64,000 nt of DNA from the NCBI GenBank assembly GCA_965112155.1, contig OZ218111.1, one strand, 5' to 3'. Origin of the DNA: Podarcis liolepis. Taxonomy: Eukaryota. The notes under the pieces were generated by a model. That model was given only the letters and a program-made list of their open reading frames with translations. It had not been told where the DNA came from and made no database searches. Both the position numbers and the translations under genes were made by a program. Below are positions 36,845-47,824 of the stretch, in pieces (within the stretch, counting starts at the first letter, position 1; each line of letters opens with the position of its first letter).

Positions 36845-38570
36845 GTAAGGCATTAACCATCTTTTAACAACTGAGAGGTGTCAAAAGGACAAAAATTGTT
36901 GAAAGTAGTGTTATAGGGACTTAATTGTCAGTTGCACCTTTAAGGCTGCCTGAAATAATTCTGTTGAAAGAACATTTCTCTTAGCTCTAAAGGTATAACT
37001 GAAACCTTCTACTTCTTCTTTGCTAAACCTCGCACAGTTAGCCTTGTGTAACTGTTCTGTAGAAAGAGCTGCTGGTTCATATCTGTTACATCACCTCATT
37101 GTTTACAAGAAACCTGTTTGAACCCTTTTGCTTTTAGAGGAAAATAAAGGAGAAATGGATTCTTGGAATAATGATTAGGAGCCATCTGCAATTTTCCCTG
37201 AGCAGAAGTGGCGACAGAATTAGTGGATAGGACATGATTGCTCTTTTACCAAGAAACACTGATGAGGATGTTGTTGTTTTGTGGGCAAATACCTGGGAAG
37301 CCTCTGCTAGGAAGGTGATGCCGGCTGTTTCTTATAAAACCACTGAGTCTTTGTTGTTGTTATTTTCCTGCTCCTTCTGAGCCTCTGGCTTTTAATTCCC
37401 CAGAGGGGCAACTGTGTGTCTGCCATAGACTTCATAGCATGCACCCAGCATTTATGGATATGGGGGTCAACGACAACCACCTTGACCTGCACCTCCTGAA
37501 GGCATCTCTTTGGCTTCTGCTGGAAATTCCATTTAATAAATGAATATCCCATTTTTGATGTTGGGGCAGGCGACCTGTTGCCCCAGGTGCTGTTGGACTT
37601 CTAGCAGCCAGTATGGGCAATGGTCAGGGTTGATGAGAGCTGCAATTCAATGCCATCAAGAGGCGAAGGTCCATAGCTCAGTGGCAGAGGATCCGCTTTG
37701 TATGCAGAAGGTCCCAAGTTCATTCCCCGGCATCTCAAGGAAGGACTGAGCTGGGACCCCTGAGAAAATTTGGAGAGCTTCTGCCAGTCAGTGCAGACAA
37801 TACTGAGCTAGATTGGTGGAGGTTCCACAGCCCTCATCTAAGGGGATCAAGATTCTCTCTCCACTTTTTTTTAATTACCCCACTGGGCTGAGAGGTCTGC
37901 TTCATTGTCACCCGGGGGGCTTCACTATTTGAGCCCAAGTCTGCCCAATCTTAGTCTGAGGCTCTAGCCTTCAATACTAGAAGCAGAATGCTGGATTCAG
38001 TAAATGGTGGTTTTGATCCATCAGGGCATGCCTGAATTTTTTTAAGAACAAGATGGAACTTCCATGTTCAGGTGCAGTCTTGCTATGGATAAAAGATGCT
38101 GGGAGCAGACAGCATTGTGGGAGGGGGTGAGCTCTGGGCTTCCTGGTGAGCTCTGGTTGGCCACTGGTGGCAATAAGGTAGTTCTTCATTCTGCATGCGA
38201 TCTGGCAGGCTGTGCTCCCAAAGGAGCAAATGTGGGCTTGGACACTTGTGCTGTTCTTCCCACTAAATTGTCTGAAGCAGCCAGCTATGTGCTGTACTCA
38301 GCCTAACTAGAGAAACACTCAGCCACAATCTTTCAGATGAACTGAGACAAATCTGTTGAGTGCAGCATCTGTGCACATTATTTGCATCCTAGAGGCAGAG
38401 AGAGAGTTGTGATGGCTGAAGGGCTGGGAGTTATAGTCCAAAGCTCCCCCAAAGCAGCTTGGAGATTTTGCAGATATATATTTTTAAGTGTTTTATTTCT
38501 GCATTGTAAACTGATACTAGCTATTAATTGAACACACTCACCACTTTTCTGTTGACCCTTTTCTCCTTAG

Positions 38571-38624
38571 GGTGGAGAACGTCCGAAAATCAGCCTCCAG
38601 GTTTCTCTGTATCTGTTATCGCAA
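38571..38624 (+). CDS. CLEC16A: CLEC16A exon 9
   Basis: ccttag|GGERPKISLQVSLYLLSQ|gtacgt. Confidence 0.96.
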
Positions 38625-39393
38625 GTACGTCTTTAAGTATCCATAGTTGGTATTTGGGGTATTGCTGATAATTTCAGGATTTTTGCGTGTGACTCAAAGT
38701 GTAGCACCAATAATACGTATGACAATTATGTAGTTGGGTCATCCTTTGGATATTTACCATTGCTATCCCATGGATGAAAAAGGGTGAGCAGGTAGAGAGA
38801 CAGGGAGCTCTAGACTTGGGGACAGTTTGCAGACAGTGGAAGAGCAGTTATGGCAAGACCAGGTTTACGTGGGAAAGGCTTTGCCAAGGAGCCAACATAC
38901 AAACAGAGCATTATGGAACAGCCTGAGAAGGACTGCACCACTACAGACTGCAGGGGAGGCTTCTCTAGTGGACAAACAAGAAAGATTTCTTTCAATTACA
39001 TGCTGAAAGCTGATTTCATATCTTAATGATGATAGCAACGTTCAAATGACTCCTACGCATTTAGCTTTTAAGTAAGAATATCACATGACCTCAAGGGCAT
39101 TCCCCTGAAACTTATAAATAGAACAGATATTTTAAATAATTTCACCACCACCCCAGTATCATAGACTCATAAAATTGTAGAGTTGGAAGGTACCCGAGCA
39201 TCTTCTAGTCCAACCCCCTGCAATGTAGGAAGCAACAAAAACAATTTTTTTCCAGGGAATATGAATGAAGCAACCGAAATGTGTACTTCTTGTGTGTTGC
39301 TTAATTTTAGTTTTCATTCAGGTTTTTTTGTGGGCGTCTTTATGCTGTTGTGTGTTATTTAAGTATAGGTTCTTGTTTATGTATATATATGAA

Positions 39394-39396
<3 letters not shown>

Positions 39397-39444
<48 letters not shown>
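39397..39444. repeat. (AT)n microsatellite
   Basis: Read directly. Confidence 0.95.
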
Positions 39445-39448
<4 letters not shown>

Positions 39449-39829
39449 TTCATGAAACACCCAACCCACTTTAATGGAAAGCTACCACCTTGCCAATAAG
39501 ACTTCTCCTGGTGTGCTAGCTTTCCACTGCAGGGGATTATTGATTTGGAGAAGCCTTCAAATATGTGACACTTCTCTCCCTGCCCTCTCAAAAAAAAAAG
39601 AGGAAAAAAAGGGTGGGGGGAGAGTAAATCTGCAACCCTGCACAGCCCTGTCCCAGGACTTCATTGTGCTCTTTTTGCATATTGGAATTGGCACCCCAAA
39701 AAATGGATCTTGAGGGGATTGATAGTGGCCACCCAGACATGTTGTCAGAAAGCTGCTTGGGGTCCTGTGAGCAGCAGTTTCTTTGTAGGTTCCATCCTGA
39801 CATTCTGCTTTTCTGCTGCCTCATCCCAG

Positions 39830-39943
39830 GTTTTCCTGATCATACATCATGCGCCTCTGGTCAATTCCCTGGCCGAAGTTATTCTCAATGGAGACCTGTC
39901 GGTGTTTTTTTCAAAAGCTGAGCAAGACATCCAGAAGAGTTCA
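39830..39943 (+). CDS. CLEC16A: CLEC16A exon 10
   Basis: tcccag|VFLIIHHAPLVNSLAEVILNGDLSVFFSKAEQDIQKSS|gtaagt. Confidence 0.97.
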
Positions 39944-40923
39944 GTAAGTGAAAGGAGCACGTGTGCCTTTGCATCCACAACCCCAGGGGGCCCTGGGTCA
40001 GGGTTTGTGCACCTGTTTTTGTTTAGCAAGAATCTGAGCATGCGAGGGGGCTGCTTAACTTTTGCAGCTTGTGGTATGTAACAGGTGGCCAGGCCGCTTG
40101 CGTTTGGCAGACCTTGTTCTGTTTAAAAAAGAGAGAGAAGTGGGGAAATGTTGTGAGAATGTTGACCTGATCCTGTATGTGAACTGAAATATTAAATGGA
40201 GATAACTGTTACACATGAAAACAATCTTGTCTTCGCAGCACATTACCTCATGCTACGTCTCGCCCATTTTTCTTCAAGTAGGTTCTGTTACTAGGAAATC
40301 TGTGGTCAGAAGCTTGTGGCCTTTTTCTGCTGCAGCAGTTTTACTTCCACCAAAGCTGTTTTGCAGAATTTTCTTGGGCTTGAGGTTTTTTGTTTTAATT
40401 GATTTATTTTGAACTGCGTCTGTGTGTGGTTGGGGAAGGTGGAGGTTACGCAGGACTAAACATTGTCTTCTTCTTTTTTTAAAAAAATAGTTTTTCTATG
40501 TAAATGTAACCGTTCAGAAAACCGAAATGTTCTATTGCTAATTCTGGATGTCCGTTTCCTATCAGGAGACGAGAGAAGAAAATGAAAAAAGATGCGCTCT
40601 GTACCTGCTTCACAATCTGGGAACTATATTGTGCACTGAGCAGCGTTTGTTAAGTAGGGCAGCGGAGCCCATCAGCCTCAGCCAGCACAGTCTGGAAGGT
40701 GCTGAGTTGGCCAGGACTGCAGTAGCAAAAGCCTTCATTTAGCAAAACAGAGAGTGGGCTTGCTGCTGTAGAACTGTGAGTGGGAACGGTGTGAAGTTGA
40801 ACTATTAAGCACAGGGCTTCAATAAAGTCCTTCACCCATTTTTCTGATATATATTTTCTATATATCCTGGTGCATAATTGGAAGGGGTGAAGCTATGGCC
40901 CTGCAGAGACAAATGATGTAGCC

Positions 40924-41295
40924 CAGGGATGTCCAACAGGTTGATCATGATCTACCAGTCAATCCCTGGGAGGTTTTGGTAGATCATGGTCGATTGTTGG
41001 CTCCTCCATCCGGCCGCCATCTAGATCGCTATGCCAGAAGACGTAGTTCTCGCTGCGAGGCTGACTGTTTCATTAACAATCTCCTGGTGAACACCTTTTT
41101 TATTTATTTATTCCTTCGCCCTGATCCCCCTAAAAAATGGAATTTCTCTCCCTAAAAAAAGTTCAACAACTCTGACCTGAACACTGTTCCTCAGTGAAAA
41201 AAAGCTCAACAACTTAGACCTGAGTAGTTGTAGATCTACTGCCAGTTTTTAATTGTGTGAGTAGATCGCAATCTCTTAGAAGTTGGCTGTCCCTG
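40924..41295. mobile_element. hAT-type MITE
   Basis: TIRs CAGGGATGTCCAAC and GTTGGCTGTCCCTG; 8-bp TSD ATGTAGCC / ATGTATCC. Confidence 0.8.
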
Positions 41296-41329
41296 ATGTA
41301 TCCCATTTACTGCATATTACTGCAGTTGC

Positions 41330-41920
41330 ACTCAGTACTGTGTGGGCGCCTTTGAAGATGACTCAGAAACTTCAGCTGCTCTTCGGGGCCACCCCCAGAT
41401 TGTTCACTGGAGGCTCAGGTGGCTGAGAGTTCCTCTTTCCAGATCTGGACCCTTTTGCACAGAGATGGCTCGGCCTCTGTTTTCAATGCTCATGTAGTAT
41501 CCAGAGTGGATTGTTGCAATGTACTCATGCACTCTACTTGGGGCTGCCCTTGAAGGTGACTCGGTGGTCAAAAATGCTCAGCCAGATTACTGGCTACGGT
41601 TCCATTTAGAACCCACGTAATCCCCGTTTGAAAACAGCCGTAATGCTTTCGAGTCGGTCCCTGGGACTATTATAAGGTGCTCACATAATATTTAAAGCAT
41701 GAAACGACATAGGCCCCAAATATCTGAAAGACCACCTCCTTTCCTACAGGCCCCGTTGGCTGTTAAGGTCAACAGAGGGGGACTCTCAGCAGCTGCACTG
41801 TCCTCAGATGTTTGGTGTGTGTATGATCAAGCAGAGGGTATTATTTTTGGCAGCCCCAAAGATGTGCAACTCCCTCCACACTTACACTGTATTCATTGAA
41901 TACTGAAAATGCATCTCTTT
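41330..41920 (+). mobile_element. Degraded L2 ORF2 remnant
   Basis: ctacttggggctgcccttgaaggtgactcgg and tatctgaaagaccacctc segments resemble L2 ORF2. Confidence 0.55.
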
Positions 41921-42544
41921 ACCTACAGCTCACTTGAGCTGTATATTTGTAGGACCCACCCTCTTCTTTTTGTGATTGCAAGGGTTGAAGTTTGGGGAAT
42001 TTACAATAACAACAGCAGCAGATGCCCCCACCTCCCCCCAAAAGCTGTTTGCCTCCAAATAAGAGAAACTTGTCAGAAGAAAGAGTACAGCCCGGCTAAT
42101 TTTGTGTTTGTGTGTGTTGTGAAACCTCTGTAGCAGGTGTGGGGAACCTCTGACTCTCCAGATGTTGTTGGATTGCAGCTCCCTTCATCTCTATAACTTT
42201 TGACTGCGGGCTGGGGCTGAACTGAGCTGGAATGAAGCAACATCTGGAGGATGACTGCTATGCAGTTTTGGGCATTGATTCAGTGGGATGAAATGGAGCC
42301 TTCATCACTGTAAGAAAGCTTACTGCAGCTACAGGGGGTGGAAGGGAGAGCAGAGAAGCAAGGAGCTAGCCCTGTCTTAACGAGAGTCTTCTGTTAGTGC
42401 AAAGGGGGTACGAGTGGCATTTACAAGCAGGGTGTCTGAGCAGCATAAGTAGTGAGCCTGGACATGAGAGAGAATGCGGAAAACAAGTACTGCATCTGTG
42501 TCTTCTTGGAGGTTTCTTCTTGAATCCTTTGTAGTGATAACAGT

Positions 42545-42935
42545 TTTGAGTCCAGTGGTAGAATCATTTCAGTCCAGTGTATCTGAAGGAGCGTCTCCAC
42601 CCCCATCTTTCTACCTGGACACTGAGGTCCAGTGCCGAGGGCCTTCTGGCGGTTCCCTCACTGCGAGAAGCCAAGTTAGAGGGAACCAGGCAGAGGGCCT
42701 TCTCGGTAGTGGCACCCGTGGAACGCCCTCCCACCAGATGTCAAAGAGAACAACAACTACCAGACTTTTAGAAGACATCTGAAGGCAGCCCTGTTTAGGA
42801 AAGCTTTTAATGTTTGATGCATTACTGTATTTTAATATTTTGTTGGAAGCCGCCCAGAGTGGCTGGGGAAGGCCAGCCAGATGGGTGGGGTATAAATAAG
42901 AAATTATTATTATTATTATTACTATTACTATTATT
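42545..42935 (+). mobile_element. L2 LINE 3' end with (TTA)n tail
   Basis: Peptide YLKERL...RAFSVVAP followed by a gccgcccagagtgg...gggtataaataa(TTA)n tail. Confidence 0.8.
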
Positions 42936-43854
42936 GTCAACTGGAAGCTGCCTTACACTGAGTCAGACCATTGGTCCTTCTGGCTCAGTATTATTTACAT
43001 GCACAGGTATTGCTCTCCAGGGTTCTAGACTAAAGTCTTTTACTTGGAGATGTGGTAGGATTGAACTTGGCAACTTTTGCATGCACCCTTCTTTCCCCCT
43101 GTTTTTTTACACTTCACAGGAGCAGCTTGAGAGCCACTGTTTATCCCTATGAATAGATGCACACATTTTATTTCGTAGTAATTCGCATAGCTTAGTGGTA
43201 GAGCACACTGGTGTGTAGAAAGCCCCATGTTCAGTTAAGGAAATTTGGAGTAGCAATTTTATTTGTGATGCTGGAAAACCTCGGCCAGTGAGATTGGGCA
43301 GCAGATGTCTGTAGAAAAAACAGAACTCATACATGCAACAACATTTTTTAAAAATTGCATATGTATTTCAGTCAGGGGGAAGCTTGGTGAATTGCACCCG
43401 CAAGTAGCTCTTTATTTTTCTTCTTCAGAGCAGCAATAACTGTTTTCTGGTTTTGCTTGAAGTGTTCAGGTGTGACAGAGGAGCGTGCTTGCCTTGCTAT
43501 GAGATGTTTCAGAAACCTGAGATGTGTGATTGTGTTCCCAGCAAGGGGAGGTGGCATGATGGGGTGGTCTCGCTGCCTTGCGGTTGTCTTGGGTCAGTGA
43601 GTCACGTGCTTTCACAATATACACCGCATGACGTGAGGCAGAAGTCACATTCGGCACTTACCTTCCTTCCTGTCAGAATGGTTTCCACTTGTTTCCTGCC
43701 CGAATCGGATGTGGCTGGTTCCTGCTGCTTTCTGCTTAGCCTACTTTCTCTCCTTCCTGTAACCTAGAGGTGGTACTTAGTTAGCATGGTTTGATTTCTT
43801 ATTTTCCTAGCAGGTGTCCCAGTCCAAATGTTAAAAATGCATGTTTTGGTTATA

Positions 43855-44096
43855 CAGTGGTATCTCGGGTTACAGACGCTTCAGGTTACAGACGCTTCAG
43901 GTTACAGACTCCGCTTACCCAGAAATAGTACCTCGGGTTAAGAACTTTGCTTCAGGATGAGAACAGAAATTGTGCATCGGTGGCGCAGCAGCAGCGGGAG
44001 GCCCCATTAGCTAAAGTGGTACCTCAGGTTAAGAACAGTTTCATGTTAAGAACGGACCTCCGGAATGAATTAAGTTCTTAACCCGAGGTACCACTG
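43855..44096. mobile_element. Tc1/mariner-superfamily MITE
   Basis: Same family as 17261; TA flanks. Confidence 0.88.
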
Positions 44097-45064
44097 TAAT
44101 ACACTATTCATTTTGTAGGCGGAATTCAGACTTTGCTTGAAACAAAACACAGCCGTGGTTAAGGGGAAACGCCAGCTGCATTTGAACATCATGCTAAACT
44201 GCAGATAGGAGAGGTAGTCAGCTGCATTTAGTTTTGCTTTCTGGCTGGTTTCAAAACAAGCCAACTTCAAACCATGGGCTGTGAAACTGGCTTGTTAAAC
44301 TTAACTGCATTTGTTGTGAACCACAATCCCCAGTCTGGACCACCTAACAAGCTGAGACTCACAGAAAGCATAGCTAAGTGCTCATCAGGGATGGGGCGCA
44401 CATGAGCCCAGGGGTAAGGCTGTCAGTAGCTACTAGCCACAATGGCTTTGTTTTACCCCCAGTGTTGGAGGCTGTGTATCTCTGAATACCAGTTACTCCT
44501 TTAGACGTTGCATGGAAAGAAGCAATAGGCAGCTGCTGGATCTCAAAATTCCCTTGTCTAACCCTTAACTCCATGCTTCAGGTAAGGAGCGAGTCGCCTA
44601 AGTGCTACCACACCTTGCTGTTTTGGACTAGGAAACCTTTTTTGATTCCAGTTGAAGTTCTAGACACAGGATGTTTCCAGATGACCTGTTCATTGAGCAT
44701 TCATTCTGATGTGCTTGCAGGGCGGCTAGATGACGTCGTGTTAGAGTTATGGCACATTTCCCAGTGCATTTTCTGTAACTTTCCCTATCACACAAGTCTG
44801 ATATTTAGGGGAAGCAGGTTTGTTGCTCAAAACCTCCCAATCAGCTCTTAAGCATTCCACCTGAATTTGCTGGTATGTGATTGAACTCCACCCAGAAATA
44901 ATGGCAGCCTGGATGTGTCCACAGTGCGAATTCTGGCATGGTAATGGTTTTCCCCAAGCCAAAGTTGGGCCGCTTACATGTTGCTGTGTGGCTCTGTAAG
45001 GAAACACCTGGAGTTGCTTTGCCTCCTGCTAAAGAGTAACGCTTACCTTTGTCAAACATTTTAG

Positions 45065-45275
45065 CTCAAGACTGGCATCAGATGCTTCATTAAACCTACG
45101 GAGACCTTAGAGAGATCCCTGGAAATTAATAAGCATAAGGGCAAGAAGAGGCTGCAGAAGAGGCCTAATTATAAGAACGTTGGGGAGGATGAAGAGGAAG
45201 AGAGGGGGCCAGAAGACGCCCAAGAAGGCACAGAGGGCCTGTCCAAAGGCATCAAGCCCACTGGGGAGAGTGAAG
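45065..45275 (+). CDS. CLEC16A: CLEC16A exon 11
   Basis: ttttag|LKTGIRCFIKPTETLERSLEINKHKGKKRLQKRPNYKNVGEDEEEERGPEDAQEGTEGLSKGIKPTGESE G|gtaagc. Confidence 0.95.
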
Positions 45276-45502
45276 GTAAGCATGCCAGTAAATGAAAACC
45301 ACAACCAGTAATTCACCAATTCCTACTGGGGGTTTATCTTGTGCACATTGGAGATACATTGTGTGGCTTGATTTGCAATGGATGATTTTTCTCGAGAACA
45401 GAACTTGTTTCCCACACTTGGTTCATTTTGGGTTTGTTAACTCCCTATTATTTTGTCTCATGACCTGAATACTGTCAGTTGACCCTAATAAAGGGAATGC
45501 AC

Positions 45503-45637
45503 CTTGGTAGCTCAGTCAGTAGAGCATATGACTCTTAATCTCAAAGTTGTGGGTTCAAGCCCCATGTTGGGCAAAAGATTCCTGTATTGCAGGGGGTTGG
45601 ACTAGATGCCCCTTGTGGTCCCTTTTAATTCTATGAC
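45503..45637 (+). mobile_element. tRNA-Lys-derived SINE with a CR1-like tail
   Basis: tagctcagtcagtagagcatatgactcttaatctc...gggttcaagcccc head plus a gcagggggttggactagatg tail. A related reversed copy lies at about 16130-16250. Confidence 0.75.
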
Positions 45638-46120
45638 GGATTGCCTTGTGACCAATTCTCGATATGGAATTCTGCCTTTGTTTATTGCTTGTAACACTTT
45701 TGTGAATCATCTAAGTTGAAACACTCTCTTGCAGAGCTATAAAAGGTAACATACAATTCACCTTTTGTTTTCTGTACCTCTATGTAAGGTGAAGTGACGT
45801 TGTACATGGTCTACTTTCCTTCTGTCTACCCCTCCTCTCTCTTTTATTAAAAAAACCTAGAATCCCTGTGAGCCATCATCATGTGTTAAGTTTATAAATC
45901 AGTAGTTAATAGGACCTCTTCACTGTTAAGATGTAACAACTCTGTTCTAAGTGATCCTGAGTGCTCTTTCTTAAAAAAAGCATTATCAGACCAGACCAGC
46001 AGCCTTTGCAAGAATTCCAATGGGCAATAGATGAGCCATTAACTTCTGACTACCCCTGCACCTTCTAACAAGTACAATCTCCCTAGAAATGTTTCTAAAT
46101 GAGCTGCTGTTTCTCCACAG

Positions 46121-46226
46121 AAATCGAGATGGTCATCATGGACCGATGCCAGTTGTCTGTCACTGAGCAAAACATCACGGATGAGGAAAAGAGCGCAGCC
46201 GCTTCCGAAATGTCAAACTGGAACAG
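46121..46226 (+). CDS. CLEC16A: CLEC16A exon 12
   Basis: ccacag|(E)IEMVIMDRCQLSVTEQNITDEEKSAAASEMSNWN(R)|gtacgg. Confidence 0.94.
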
Positions 46227-46644
46227 GTACGGGAGGAGATTTGGCACTGTCAGCCAAGCTCCTACCTGAACACTAGGTTCTCCCAATGATGCTGGGATGC
46301 CCAGCTTCCACCATCTCTCACTCTGGGCCATTCTGGCTGGGGCTGATGGGAGTCGGAGTACCACTTGTAATTATCTTTCCTGCTTTTCCTCCCTCTGCCA
46401 AGCCGCTATTTTAGCTAGTGCCACAGCTGAAGGCCAACTTGAGGCCCACGTAATGTCCAGCACACCTTCTAGTTTGAAGTGCTGCCTCTTGCATTTAAGC
46501 AGCCTGGTGGTGTTAAGCGACGCTCCTGAGTCTCTGAATGGAGCAGTTCAGTCCCCTTCCTGGAAAATCTATGGAGTGGGAAACCTCTCCTCTTGTCCTT
46601 TGTAAAAGCATTGTGTACATTGAGGGTGTGCTTTAGTTATAATT

Positions 46645-46748
46645 ACCCGGAAGCTGTATGCCAGCTCCCTCGGCCAGTAAAGCGAGATGAGCGCCGCAAC
46701 CCCAGAGTCGTCTGTGACTGGACATAATGGTCAGGGTCCCTTTACCTC
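46645..46748 (+). mobile_element. Sauria SINE 3' fragment just upstream of exon 13
   Basis: acccggaagctgtatgcc...ggtcagggtccctttacct matches the 3' third of the other copies. Confidence 0.85.
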
Positions 46749-46814
46749 TAGGGTCCTGATACATGGCTGCTGGAATGTTCCCCTCACAAACACTCATCAC
46801 CCCCTTTCTTCCAG

Positions 46815-46915
46815 GCCTTTCCTTGAGATGGTGTATAATGCCCTGGAATGTGCTGAATTTGATTACTACGCTCTCTTTGTGCTGTGCCTCCTGTACGCCA
46901 TGTCTCATAACAAAG
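46815..46915 (+). CDS. CLEC16A: CLEC16A exon 13
   Basis: ttccag|G PFLEMVYNALECAEFDYYALFVLCLLYAMSHNK G|gtaaga. Confidence 0.96.
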
Positions 46916-47047
46916 GTAAGATTGAGCCCAAGAGTGGGGTTTCAACTTCCATCAGCTCTTGCCAGCATGGCCAACCCTTGGGGTGTGATTGGAACTGTAG
47001 GCCAGCCTTTTCAGGGGTGTTGTAAAAAGCTCATGATCTGGGTTTGG

Positions 47048-47535
47048 TCATGATGAATTGATCAAAGCTGGCACTTTGAATTGGACTTGGAAACTGATTG
47101 GCAGCCAGTGCAGTTGGGCCAGGATCAATGTAATAGGCTCAACCCGTCTTGCCCCGGTGAGCAAGCTGGCCGCTGAATTCTGCACCAGCTGAAGTTTCTG
47201 AACCGTCTTCAGAGGCAGTCCAACATTGCAGTTATCTAACCTCAATGTTACTAGAGCATAGGCGGCAGAAGTTAGGCTATCCCTGTCCTGATAGGAGTGA
47301 AGCTGGGCCACCAGCCCAAGCTGATGGAAGGCACTCTGCGCTGCCGAGGCCACTTGGGCCTCGAGGGACAGCAAAAGATCCAGGAGCACTCCTGCCACTT
47401 TTTAGAGGGGGTGTAAGCTCGCCACTAACAGTGCCTCAGCCTTATCTGAATTGAGCTTCAGTTTGTTGGCTCTCATCCAGTCCATTACCGAGGCAAGATA
47501 ACAGTTCAGCACCTCCACTGCCACACCTGCAGGCG
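47048..47535 (-). mobile_element. L2 LINE ORF2 remnant
   Basis: Minus-strand peptides WMRANKLKLNSDKAE and GLPLKTVQKLQLVQNSAASLLTG...LAQLHWLPI are characteristic of the L2 RT C-terminal region. Confidence 0.85.
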
Positions 47536-47547
47536 TAAAGGATAAGT

Positions 47548-47824
47548 AGAGCCAGTGTGCTGTAGTGGTTAAGAGGTTAAGAGCGGTAGTCTCGTAATCT
47601 GGGGAACCCGGTTCGTGTCTCCACTCCTCCACATGCAGCTGCTGGGTGACCTTGGGCCAGTCACACTTCTCTGAAGTCTCTCAGCCCCACTCACCTCACA
47701 GAGTGTTGTTGGGGAGGAATGGAAAGGAGAATGTTAGCCGCTTTGAGACTCCTTCAGGTAGTGATAAAGCGGGATATCAAATCCAAACTCCTCCTCCTCC
47801 TCTTCTTCTTCTTCTTCTTCTTCT
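47548..47824 (+). mobile_element. tRNA-derived SINE with an L2-like tail and (CTT)n end (Squam3-like)
   Basis: A-box tagtggttaag, B-box ggttcg, core gggtgaccttgggccagtcac, ttagccgctttgag tail and (CTC/CTT)n. Confidence 0.75.

Noticed and set aside
45503-45580. tRNA-Lys-like sequence (also tRNA-like heads at about 52336 and 47550)
   Set aside because: The stems are degenerate and fused to LINE-derived tails, so these are SINE heads rather than functional tRNA genes.
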